DNA of 64,000 nucleotides from Eledone cirrhosa. Taxonomy: Eukaryota. Of this stretch, positions 41,870-54,648 are shown in pieces. Below the pieces are notes generated by a model, which saw only the letters and a program-made list of their open reading frames with translations, ran no database searches and was not told where the DNA came from. Position numbers and translations under genes: made by a program. Position 1 is the first letter of the stretch. Each line of letters opens with the position of its first letter. Location: the NCBI GenBank assembly GCA_964016885.1, contig OZ024742.1:105586001-105650000 (forward strand). Direction: 5' to 3'.

Positions 41870-42580
41870 AATTAGAATTGGAGCTCTGAAATAGCAATAT
41901 ATATATGGATGTATATATAATGTATTTTGCAATACACTTTATGCTTAATTAAAAGCATTTTGAAGACCGTAAGCTATTGTTTTTTAGAGTAGTGACAAAT
42001 TCACTTACTTTGATCTCAGCAAACAGGGGAGATAAGCCGACAAGGCCTTGTTTCGCTTTTGTTGAAGCTTATCAAGTGTTCACCAATTTTTAGACAACTT
42101 AAGTGATCAAAGTAAGTGATCAAAGTAAGTGATCAATTTTTAGACAACTTAAGAGATCAAAGTAAGTGAATTTGTCACTACTCTAAAAAACAATAGCTTA
42201 CGGTCTTCAAAATGCTTTTAATTAAGCATAAAGTGTATTACAAAATACATTATATATACATCCATATATATATTGCTATTTCAGAGCTCCAATTCTAATT
42301 TTTAATTTCTGCCTGACCAACAACCGCTCTGCATAATCAGCTCCTGATTATTTACTAGAATTCTATAAGAATATAACATCAGTGATCTCGGTAGACAGGT
42401 GGGAGTAGTTAGCCTTGATAAGCTTCAACAAAAGCGAAACAAGGCCTTGTCGGCTTATCTCCCCTGTTTGCTAATATCAAAGTAAGTGAATTTGTCACTA
42501 CTCTAAAAACAATAGCTTACGGTCTTCAAAATGCTTTTAATTAAGCATAAAGTGTATTGCAAAATACATTATATATACAT

Positions 42581-42590
<10 letters not shown>
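41870..42590. mobile_element. Non-coding ~320-bp tandem unit with inverted partial copy; HHR at 42393-42469 (+)
   Basis: CAAAGTAAGTGAATTTGTCACTACTC at ~42158 and ~42478; 41870-42075 inverted. HHR: AGCC-TTGATAA-GCTT-CAACAA-AAGC-GAAA-CAA-GGCC-TTG-TC-GGCT with extended GGGAG/CTCCC stem I. Confidence 0.8.
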
Positions 42591-42666
<76 letters not shown>

Positions 42667-42689
42667 TAACTAATATATATGTACTAACT

Positions 42690-43429
42690 AATATCCCTAG
42701 GTCTTTCTTTACTATTTTAGAGAAAAATTTCCCTCCTACTAATAAATACCATAGTATCTTTAATAAGAATGTAATTAAACTCTCCTTCTCTACTACCCCT
42801 AACATTAATTCTCATCTAGCTAGCACTAATAATAGGAAAATTAGGGACAACTACTGCTCTTTACGTACCACTAATCTGGATAGCGCTATTAATAACTTAC
42901 CACCCGAGCAGATCTTATCTTCTATTAACCCTAGGAATAATACTTCGCGTAATCAGCGAGTCACTAGTACCCGGAAGTGTAATTGTAGATTAAGTAACAA
43001 CTGCCCTTTAAATGGTCACTGCCTCTCTAGGAATATTGTTTATGCATGTGATGTTAAGACTAACTCTTCCTGTAAAACTTATATAGGCTCCACATCTAAT
43101 ACTTTTAAAACTAGGTTTAATTCACATGTATCTATTTTAAGCATATCAAATTTAAAAACTCTACTTCTTTGGCACACCATATCTGGGATTTAAAAGGGAC
43201 TGGTATACCATATAGCCTGCATTGGCGTATTGTAGCCCACTCTAATCACCTTTCAACCCACGCTAAATTCTGTAATCTTTGTATCCTAGAGACCCATTCT
43301 ATAATTTTCTCTAGGAACGAATTGCTTAATAGAAAATCGGAAATATTTTCTTCCTGTCCACATGCTATATCTAATTCCTTCTTCTATTATAAACCTAAAA
43401 GCTCTGGTAGTTTAAACCGTATCCATTAG
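42690..43429 (+). pseudogene. GIY-YIG endonuclease region of a second Naiad-type Penelope family (5'-truncated, frameshifted)
   Basis: NFPPTNKYHSIFNKNVIKLSFSTTPN, CNCRLSNNCPLNGHCL, IVYAC..TYIGST, CNLCILE, LLNRKSEIFSSCPH; homologous to the 50755-52879 protein. Confidence 0.88.
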
Positions 43430-44906
43430 CTGCCTTGTTTCCTTATCTCTTTAGTTTTAGTTCATTATTATTATTATTATTAGTTTTTTACAGTTTATTG
43501 ATTATTGATTTTAGTTTTTCTAGTTTTTCTAGCTATCTTAGCCTATTTAGTATCTTGACCATTATTACATTTTTACTCACCCCTGTCGTCTTATATATTT
43601 TCTATCCTTATTTTCATCCACGGTTGGAGGGTATCTTATTGAATAGTTTGATTTTAGTCTCCTGCATCTTAGGCTAATGAACCTCGTCCTTTCTACACTT
43701 AATCTTCGCCTTTTGAATATATGTGAATTTTACTTTTATGTTCCTTCCCACCCTCCGTAGTTTCACTTCTTTCTGTTCCCATTTGTCTACCATAGTTTTA
43801 ATTGAGTCTTTACTTTAATAACGTAAGTCGTCAAGACAGTTTTTTTAAAATATATCCTTGATAGTTCTTTTAGCTTATTTATTGAAATATCTTGATCTTT
43901 TTCGGATTTGATGACTTAAATTTTATTCCATATGAAGTGACCCATAATGTCCATTCAACTATTTTAACATTAATTAAATTAATAAGGGTTTCAATTCATT
44001 TTTTTGTTTTAGAATAGTAATATCATGTATATTTACCTAACGATTTGTAGCGCCCACGTGATTTTGTGTCTGTGCTTGTTTTTTGTTTTTGTTTTCGTCT
44101 TATTTTATTTTATTTTACTACCACTTGATATAGACAATCTTCGCCTTTTGAATATATGTGAATGTCTGTGCTTGTTTTTTGTTTTTGTTTTCGTCTTATT
44201 TTATTTTATTTTATTTTACTACCACTTACTGTCTGTCTATCCTACATCTATCAAATATGTCCTTGAATTCATCGCGTAAATATGTCTTAAGCTATTTCCC
44301 TTGATATTGTGTGTCTGCTATGGAAATATTAATATTAATATATTAATATATTATATTATGTTATATGTAATTGAATTATAAGTATGTTGTCCGATATTGA
44401 AGTACTGATATGTAATATTATATGGATTTGAGCTGCATATACCTCTGTATATTTATTGAAATATTTAATATTATTATATTATATTATATTGTATGTAATT
44501 GAATTATAAGTATGTGTCCGGTATTCAAGTATTGATATGTAATATTGTATGGATTTGAACTGCTTATACCTCTGTATATTTGTTGTCTATATCATATATA
44601 TTTATATATATATTTTTTCACCATACTATAATTTTATTATATGGTATTATTATATTTTTTTCTTACCCTGTGAAAATACTAATGCACATTTTGTTGACTT
44701 TAAATGATACGTATGATGAATTTTTATATATTTTTTGATGTCAATATGTTATTCCATTGATTCTGGTATTGCATTTTCACACCGCCAGGGTGATTATTCT
44801 ATTATAATGTTTATATTTATATATATATCTGTGTTAGTATGTGTTTGTGTTAGTGTGTATATATGTATGTCAGAGTGAGTGTGGATACATATATATATAT
44901 CTATAG

Positions 44907-44957
<51 letters not shown>

Positions 44958-45084
44958 TATAGATATATACAAAAAAAAATATATATATATACATATATAT
45001 ATATAAAGGAACGATCGACTTTCGTCAAATCGGACCGAGGGAACAATGTTTCCGTTGGTCTTTCCAATTGCTAATACTATCAAT

Positions 45085-45225
45085 CCGTCGCAACTCCAGG
45101 TAGAAGGAGCAACGTGAAATACAGTGTCTTGCTCAAGGACATAACGCATCGCCTGGTCCAGGAATCGAACTCACAACCTTACGATTGCGAATCCAATTCT
45201 CTAACCACTCAGCCACACGCCTTCA
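45085..45225 (-). mobile_element. tRNA-derived SINE family B, 5' part
   Basis: GAAGGCGTGTGGCTGAGTGGTTAGAG...GTGAGTTCGATTCC...TCCTTGAGCAAGACACTG; homologous to 54841-55195. Confidence 0.8.
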
Positions 45226-45454
45226 AGCGATGAAATACCAATGAAGGTTGGAAGATCACTGATGAGGGACTAAATTTATTCATATATATATATATAAGAT
45301 TAAAATACTAGAGTGCATTGGAGTTAAACATACTCGTCGTATTAGAGAAATGACAGTATAGGATATAGCTCAATGTAATCCAACAGAGCCGAAAAATTAT
45401 AAAAAATAAACAAAGAAGCCTTCAATACATCAAAAGTCTTTTTATATATATATA

Positions 45455-45813
45455 TACAAGGACGAATGCTTACTCCTTCCTTTCGTTTATTGGTTGATAA
45501 CGCGCGTTTCGCTACTGATCAGCTCAAGGTTCGATCTGTAGCCCGACTCTGGAATCAAAAGGTCGTCGGACCTCTGTTGTAGTGATGACAGAATGAATGT
45601 CTAGCTTTACACCTCGATACTGAGCATTCGATGTTTAGGTTCACGTCAGTATCGAGGTGTAAAGCTAGACATTCATTCTGTCATCACTACAACAGAGGTC
45701 CGACGACCTTTTGATTCCAGAGTTGGGCTACAGATCGAACCTTGAGCTGATCAGTAGCGAAACGCGCGTTATTATCAACCAGTAAACGAAAGGAAGGAGT
45801 AAGCATTCGTCCT

Positions 45814-45817
<4 letters not shown>
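45455..45817. repeat. ~360-bp near-perfect palindrome between (TA)n with GAAACGCGCGTT half-core
   Basis: TACAAGGACGAATGCTTACTCC / GGAGTAAGCATTCGTCCTTGTA; short non-palindromic centre near 45625-45646. Confidence 0.88.
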
Positions 45818-45847
<30 letters not shown>

Positions 45848-46814
45848 TATTATGTATTCATACGCAGTTCCATGCAGAAATTCACATACAGTTACACGTG
45901 CGCATGCACGCACTTACACACACACGTACGTACAATCACCCCCCCCCCCCCCCACAACACACACAACACACACAACACACACAGAGAGTCGAAAACGACT
46001 AGAAAATTGGTATTGTCAGACAAACACGACAGAAAGAAATGCGACGTAGACGGGAACAAAATATACCAATCCAGACAGAGACACACACACACACACACAC
46101 ACACACTAACACACGCACACACACACACTAACACACGCACACACATGTACACGCACACACACACACTAACACACGCGCACGCACACACACACGTACACGC
46201 ATACACACACGCACACACATGTACACGCATACACAAACACACACACACGCTAACACACGCACACACACACATGTACACGCACACACACACACACACACAA
46301 ACACATACACTAACACACGCACACACACACATGTACACGCGCACACATACACACACACACATGTACACGCATACACACACACACACACACACACATGCAT
46401 ATATAAAGGGCAAAAGGTGTTCACATATACATACAAATACGCATACAAACACTCACACATTGATACAAACAGTGTATATGAAAGATAGTGAGAGAAAGGG
46501 AGAAGGAAAAGTTTTCTATATACTTCTCTTTCTTTTTCTCGAACTAAACCTCACAAACACACGCTCTCATACACACACACACACGCGCATGTGTGTGTGT
46601 GTGGAGAGAGAGACAAAACGAAAAGGTGGAAGGAAGTTATGTATGTATGAATATAAATATATACATGTATTCACACAGACACACACACGCATACATATAT
46701 ATGAAAGTATGAGAGAGAGAGAGAGAGAGAGAATGAGAAAAGAAGTTATGGATGTATGTATACATATATATATATACATACATGCATACACACCCACATA
46801 CATATATATATATA

Positions 46815-46876
<62 letters not shown>

Positions 46877-47010
46877 GGCAAAATTGGCCCAGAAACACTA
46901 GCGTCTCAGAGAAGACTGCCAGATAAAAAACCAGACTTTCTGTTCCAATCGTTTCGGAACATAAATCGTAAATAAGACCATATATATCGTTAAAATAAAA
47001 GATGTAATAA

Positions 47011-47131
<121 letters not shown>

Positions 47132-47158
47132 TATACATATACATACATATATAAATAA

Positions 47159-47189
<31 letters not shown>

Positions 47190-47194
47190 TACAT

Positions 47195-47229
<35 letters not shown>

Positions 47230-47283
47230 CTTATATATATATATATATTATATATATATACATACATATATATGTATATATAT

Positions 47284-47343
<60 letters not shown>

Positions 47344-47346
47344 CAT

Positions 47347-47395
<49 letters not shown>

Positions 47396-47620
47396 GATAG
47401 ATATATATGTGTGTGTGTGTATGTGTACATAAACATAAATATATATATATATATATATACATACATATATATATATATATATATAGTATTAGTTATACTA
47501 TTTATGGTTATGTAAATACAAAGCCTTAAGCAGTTGTAAGTATTTTACACACACCCTAAATAGTGGTAGGCAGTAATGTATTACTACCTTATTACCAGTA
47601 ACTGTCCATGCATTAATAAA

Positions 47621-47669
47621 TTGCTCCGAAGAATCCAAACCTCGGTTTGGAGGAAACAGCTGTAAGCAC
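47621..47669 (+). ncRNA. HHR motif (CCGAAGA core), same family as 58528-58747
   Basis: TTGCT-CCGAAGA-A-TCCAAACC-TC-GGTTTGGA-G-GAAA-C-AGCT-G-TA-AGCAC. Confidence 0.7.
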
Positions 47670-47769
47670 AATAATGTTTTGAACAGTTCTTTGATTCTTA
47701 TATTTCATATATATATATATATATATTTATGTTTATGTACACATACACACACACACATATATATCTATC

Positions 47770-47867
<98 letters not shown>

Positions 47868-48799
47868 CATACAAATAAAAATAAAGAAGAACGAAGAATG
47901 TCAAGAGAAAAACAACCATAAAATAGAGATTGTTACAAAAGGAGAAAAAGAAAATACAAGATGGCAGCCAAGCATTTGACACATCTCGCTTAGTTTTACT
48001 TCGTTTTAAACCTCTTTATTTTAAACACAACTCAACGGTAAACCAAATATGTATACATGTATGAATGTATATATGTATGTATGTATGAACGTACGTGTGT
48101 ATGTATGTATGTGTGTAGGTATGTATGTATGAATGTATGTGTGTATGTAAGTGTGTATGTATGTAGGTGTGTATGTATGTATGTAAGCGTGTATGTATGT
48201 ATGTATGTATGTATGTATGTATGTATGTATGTATGTATGTATGTATGTATGTACGTGTGTATGTATGTTTGTATGTATGTATGTCTTATGTATGTAAGTG
48301 TGTATGTATGTACGTGTGTATGTATGTATGTATGTATGCATGTATGTATATATATATATATATATATGTATGTATGGATGTGAATGTGTGCGTGTGTATA
48401 TCCGTTGTTTTTATGCATTTAAAAACATTTACGTTTAACTATACATACATATACCATATATACACAAACATATATACTCCATATATACGTACTACATATT
48501 TATATATATATCATCATAAGTACATATACAGATACGTGTGTTTAGTTTCTTAATTCTTGTTGTTGTAGTGAATTGCTTTTTTTCTTCTATCCTGCCTAAA
48601 TGTGAAAACTTTATATCAACAATGTGTCGAAAATACACTGAAATAAACTAACGTAAATATAAAAATTTAATATATATACATACATATATATATATATATA
48701 TACATATATATATACACACACACACATACATGTATAAACATGTTCTAACAGTATATATTCTCCTTTGTAATCCTTTCATTTATATGTATATGTATATAT

Positions 48800-48838
<39 letters not shown>

Positions 48839-48875
48839 TATTAATGTATTATATATTAATGTATATATGTATGTA

Positions 48876-48922
<47 letters not shown>

Positions 48923-48939
48923 ATGTATGTGTTTATGTA

Positions 48940-48970
<31 letters not shown>

Positions 48971-48971
48971 G

Positions 48972-49044
<73 letters not shown>

Positions 49045-49536
49045 TATATACATATATATATAAGATTTATATTTTTCGTTGGCGTAGAAGGAAAAAACAA
49101 CACTTCCTCATCATTATTATTTTATTGTTACCATTATTGGTATTTTTATCATTATCATTATTATTTGTAGACACTTTTCACGAACTTTATTTTCCCTGGC
49201 ATTTACGAGAACAGAGAGTTTTGGAGATGAAATAAAGACAAAATTAAAAAGAAAAAACACTACCCTCCCCCGAAAAAAAGATAAATAAAGAAATTATCTC
49301 CCACCTATGTCTCTTTCTTTCTTTTTTCTCTCTTCTTCCTCTTTCTTTCTTTTTCACTCTTCTTCCTCTTTCTTTCTTTTTCACATACAATCTCTCTATC
49401 TCTCTGTGTACCTCTCTGTCTGAATTGTTTTGTGGCACCTGGAAAGACTAAGAACTAGCTAAAAATTTTATGGAGTAATTAATTTCCATATGAGTAACTA
49501 TATGGAATCAAATTTACTGTAAGTCTTGCATATTAT

Positions 49537-49649
<113 letters not shown>

Positions 49650-49708
49650 ACACACACACACATATATATGTGTATGTATGTATGTATGTATGTATGTATG
49701 TATGTATG

Positions 49709-49742
<34 letters not shown>

Positions 49743-49747
<5 letters not shown>

Positions 49748-52700
49748 TAAAATAACAGATTAAAGTTTAAGCAAAGAATCGCTGCTTTCACCCTTAACGG
49801 GATCTTCTGAAACTAACAAAGTCAATCTGTAAAGGCAGAAGTGGATATTTCAAAAAACGTTGCAACCGGAGCAAGATAGGAAGACGATACTTTGGTTCGT
49901 GGAAACGTTCGCTGGCAAAGAACGGGAAAAAACGAATATAATACGTCATTAATAGGAGCGGTGAAAAACAATTACGCGCAAAGACAGAACCACGTTTGTG
50001 GTATAAAAGAGGTCGTAGACTAATGTTCTCTTAGGTGGTTCATAGAGACGTTCTCTGGCAATGAACGAAAAAAACGAAGATAATACGTCACATGTGGAGC
50101 GTGGAGAACAATAGCACGCAAAGACAAAACCACGTAAATGGTATAGCAGAAGTCGTAGACTAAAATTCTAACTAGGAGACCGAATGAATCTCCGCTACAG
50201 AGTTAGGAACAAAGTAAATAAATACAATAAATACAATACAGAAGTAATAGAAATAAATAAATACATACACGGAAACAAATACGTACATACACAAGCATAC
50301 GCAAAACACTTACCATAGGTATCCAAAGCCACGCAGATATAAATATGTGTGTGTGTGTATGCGTGTATACAAATAAATAAATAATTATATAAACGTATAT
50401 AAATAAATAAATACGTATATAACAAGCGCACACACATACCTACATGTAAATACACGAGTGTTCGGAGACGTAAGTCAACCAAACATGAAGTAGACATATA
50501 CGCGCACCCTACATACGTACGAACCTGCATACTCACACAGACGCAAAACTCCCGTATACACATAGCCAAACCATATGTACCAGAATATATAAAAAATATA
50601 CGCCATAACAATCAAATATACGTACGAGAAGGTATACGTACCTTCACAAAACATACGGGTATAAAATACTTACCTATGCAAATAAGTAATGGTATAAACA
50701 AAACATATACTTAGCTCCCACATCAAGACGTAAAATATCCACGTATAGATCGAACTATCCGTTAGGGTATAACGTAGGGCTGTAATACAGGAAAGTGTTG
50801 TGCAATTTATGTTTACAAGCCGAAATTACCTTAGATTTTTTGTTTAAGATGTGGTCTGTGGCGTAGAGTATTTCCAGGGCCTCAGCCGCAGAGGTCACAA
50901 GGTCTTTTATTTCCGTTATACGATCTAGCCCTATCTAGGATCTCCCAGTGTAACTTATATTGGGTGTGGTTGTCTTTTAGACTCCAGATATAAGCTGAAA
51001 GTGACGTCATATTCCTTAGAGGGTAACGACAGGAATGGGTATGCATGTAAAGACGCTGCTTGAATCTATTGGCGGTTAACCCTATGTAGGCCCTACGGGA
51101 CGTGGGTGTTACAACCTTACATTTGTAGACAATGTTACTAGAGAGGCATTTCCCGGATAGGTGGCAATCAACCCGATTCCTACAATTACAGTTAGTACTA
51201 ACTACAGGGTTGCACGTGTTCCTACGGCTAGGTAGTTTAGCTAAATTTGAAGCTGTGATGTTATGTGCGAGGTTAGGAGTCGTAGAGTAAGAAATTTTAA
51301 TAGTATTTCTATTAAAAATGTTACTATATTTATGTGTAGGGGGAAAATGCTTCGTAATAAGGGAAAGAAAGATCTTAGCTAATGGTGTGGCCACCTCCAT
51401 ATTATATGGTGGGTTATACCAACAAATGCGACGGGATCTATTTCTTCTAGGTCTATTTTCGTACTCTGTATATGCTACCTTATCGACAAATCCACTTCGA
51501 GCAAGAGCTTCATTGTAATAAGTGGAATGGTCGTTGAAAATACGCTCGTTGGTGGAAAGACGGGAAAGCCTCAACGAAACGTTTCTTACCAGGTTCTTGG
51601 TTATGCTGGCAGGATGGTTGGAATGCTTACTTATGTAATTAAGCGTATCATTCGGCTTTCTATACGGGTAATACAACCCATTCAATAAATTGAGGGTAAC
51701 GTCGAGGTAATTAACGACCGAGAGATTGGCCTCAACCTGTATAGAGAGGTTGAAGCCTTTAAAGAAGGCTGTGAGTTCTTTTCTGAACCTGTCGCAAGCA
51801 CGAGGTCCGCACTTAGTCATGGTCAAAAGACCATCGTCACGGTACAAACCACCGCCCGCGTTGGGGAATTCGTCCTTGATAGAGAAAAGAAGGAAAAGGC
51901 CGATAAGATCAGTAACCTCCGCAGAATCACTGGCTCCCATACTCACGTCGAATGGGGTACTATTGGATTTTTTAATCCAAATAGAGTCGTCGAAATTAAT
52001 CACCGACTTTCGGGCATTGAGGATGACATCAACTTCGAAATCCTTAACCACTGTGAGTGTTTTAGCGAAATTGATAGCTCTAAGGAGAAGTGGTAAAGTG
52101 ATGGAGGAGTAGTAATTGTTGATGTCGAATTGGATAAAACGGCAATGTTCCTTGTTACATATGCCGTTGAACCAATCAATCACCGCGAAAGAATTGTTCC
52201 ACAGTGTAAGAGGGGCCAAACTTCTAATTTCAGGTATAATTCTATCAAGAATCCTTTTACTAAGTCTACCTAAATCGGACTTCGTAGGGTTAATAATCCG
52301 AATAGAGGGGTTGTTCGGAAAATTGGATTTGTGATCCTTCAGGGTAAAGTGGGGAGAAATAGGGTCCAGAGGTTCGGTCCGGTCCAGGATGTTGAGATCA
52401 GATGTGATTTTAAACCCAGCATCGTTGATTTCATTGATGACGCACCGATTAGTTTTACGGTAATCCTTAGTTACAGCATTATGTAGTAGTTGATGGTAAG
52501 TACTGCGCTCCACTTGATATAGGTTGCCAGTTTTGTCGGAATGGACGCGAACGGCATTAGAATCCTTAATAGAACGAATTCTATTCTTCAGGTCTTGCTG
52601 GAAGGAATTGCTCCTATTCCGAAATTTGATACTCCGAATGAGTTCCAAGACATCATTTTCGAAGGGTAGCAATGCTGGGTTACACGGGGGGTTATTATAG

Positions 52701-53124
52701 GTTTTAAATCCAAATTTATCCTGTTTGTTGTCTGCTTTACGCGGATTATCGAAATAAAAGGCACGCCAACGCAACCTTTTAATGAACGCGTCTGTTTTCT
52801 GTATCAGGAGTTTTAGGTATGTTTTCCTGCTTGGTACGGGTATGTTCTTTGTAGAAATATTCAGATGTTGTTTCTGCATGATGAATATAAGTCAGTAGAG
52901 TGCTCAACCGAGGGAGCCAAATAGTAATAATAATAAATTTGAAGACTAAAATCCAAAGAGGGCTCGATAAGGATAAATATATATCAAATATATAAGAACC
53001 GTAGAGCAAATATTTATTAAAATAACAGATTAAAGTTTAAGCAAAGAATCGCTGCTTTCACCCTTAACGGGATCTTCTGAAACTAACAAAGTCAATCTGT
53101 AAACGCAGAAGTGGATATTTCAAA
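49743..53124 (-). mobile_element. Near full-length Penelope-like retroelement (Naiad-type) with direct pLTRs
   Basis: Terminal direct repeats 49745-49855 and 53012-53124, each with an HHR motif; single RT + GIY-YIG ORF; 3' end abuts (TA)n. Confidence 0.92.
50755..52879 (-). CDS. Penelope-like RT + C-terminal GIY-YIG endonuclease; open for 665 aa, then a small frameshift before the last ~45 aa
   Basis: [23 protein letters not shown]-terminus, [54 protein letters not shown]....C, IVYKC..AYIGLT, CDLC; then in the shifted frame AEALEILY..LNKKSKVISACKH to TAG at 50755. Confidence 0.9.
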
Positions 53125-53125
53125 C

Positions 53126-53300
53126 TACAGGACCAGAACTGTTTCATTCGAAGGAAATCATGATGATTCCTTTCGAATGAAATAGTTCTAGTCTTGTAAA
53201 AGCCATTTCTATATTAAATATTTATACTCTGCAATGTATTGAGTACTTTACTTACTGTCGTTACCCCCGATTGAACCCGGGATAGACACACACATATATA
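53126..53300. repeat. Short palindrome from another HHR-bearing repeat, joined to the Penelope 5' end
   Basis: ACAGGACCAGAACTGTTTCATTCGAAGG / CCTTTCGAATGAAATAGTTCTAGTCTTGT with TGATGA..GAAA. Confidence 0.6.
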
Positions 53301-53476
53301 TATATATATTGTTATACTTGGGGAGGGTCATATTGTTGTAATAATATTGCCAGAAATAATAACACTGGCTGGTTTTCGCTTCTGTATCTTTTATATCTCC
53401 ATAGTTAATTCATTCGACCATCAATGTTTATCACTGACTGACCAACGGTCAAAAATACAGATATAAATACATATAT

Positions 53477-53530
53477 ATAGTCTAACAAAGTTCTTTCGTT
53501 GCACATTTGCAACATCATCAGTGGTACTAT
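53477..53530 (-). ncRNA. HHR-like motif (second copy ~29690-29743)
   Basis: CTGATGA-T-GTTGCA-AATG-TGCAAC-GAAA-GAAC-TT; stem I only partial. Confidence 0.5.
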
Positions 53531-53708
53531 TATGTTTCCTCCTGTTGTATTGTATGTCTACGCCAAAAATTAAAAATTAGGATTGGTGCTCTCAGAGCCC
53601 CAATCCTAATTTTAAATTTTTGCTGGACCGGCAATCACTCTGAATAATCAGTTCCTGATTATTACTGGAATTCTATAAGAATCCAGCCTCTATAATTTTC
53701 GGCAGAGG

Positions 53709-53771
53709 CGGAGAGTACGTTGCTCTGAGGAACACCAACAGTGTGAAGCAGAATCTGTCAGCTTCTCTCCC
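53709..53771 (+). ncRNA. HHR motif in a diverged homologue (53560-53890) of the 320-bp unit
   Basis: GCT-CTGAGGA-ACAC-CAACA-GTGT-GAAG-CAG-AAT-CTG-TC-AGC, extended GGAGAG/CTCTCC. Confidence 0.65.
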
Positions 53772-53889
53772 TTCTTTTGCCGAAAAAAGAAGTAAATGAC
53801 ATAGTCACTACTTTAAAATGATAGCGCAAGGTCTTCAAAATGTTTTTTAATTAAACATACGGTATATTGCCAAATATACTATACATACA

Positions 53890-53970
<81 letters not shown>

Positions 53971-54165
53971 GAAAAAGTATGACCCCGACGGCAGAGCTCA
54001 AGCCGTTTCGACGGCTATTTCTAGACTCAGTCCAGAAATAACCGTCGAAACGGCTTGAGGTCTGCCGTCGGGGTCATACTTTTTCCTATTTCCCACTCTA
54101 CTACCCTAAGTATTGAGTACTCTGGTACGTTATGGTCCATCTGGTTCCTTACCACAATTCCTTTG

Positions 54166-54225
<60 letters not shown>

Positions 54226-54648
54226 TGTGTGAGTCTAGATGTATATATATATATATGTTTGAGAACCATCCCTTTATGGTAATTATCAGAAAAGAAAATA
54301 GTCGCGAAATGTCCAGGACCTATACATACATATACACATACATAAACATACACACACAAACACACATATTAAGCTATGATAATTATATTTACCTTCTTCT
54401 ATTTCGATGTGTGCCCATTTGTCGTGTTTGAAACTGTTACATACTGGCAAAAATAACCACTACCGGGGAGAAAAAGGTGGCTTGAGAACGACCTTGATCT
54501 AGTTACAATATCTTGAGACAATGGTTTCAACGTAGTATTTTGTCACTAAGACCCTTCAGTAAAGACATGGATATTACGACTTTTCATTTCTTCCCACCAC
54601 GAAAAATCTCAAGCTTCAAGCGCAATTATTAAGAGAGTAATTAAGATA

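Noticed and set aside
45872-46975. 367-aa His/Thr-rich ORF
   Set aside because: Built from degenerate (CA)n and (GA)n repeats.
50882-50884. TGA after CDLCG as a selenocysteine codon (some Naiad PLEs encode selenoproteins)
   Set aside because: The conserved C-terminus continues in a different frame, and the second copy reads TGC GCC GC, so this is a 2-nt deletion. The Cys motif positions use ordinary Cys codons.
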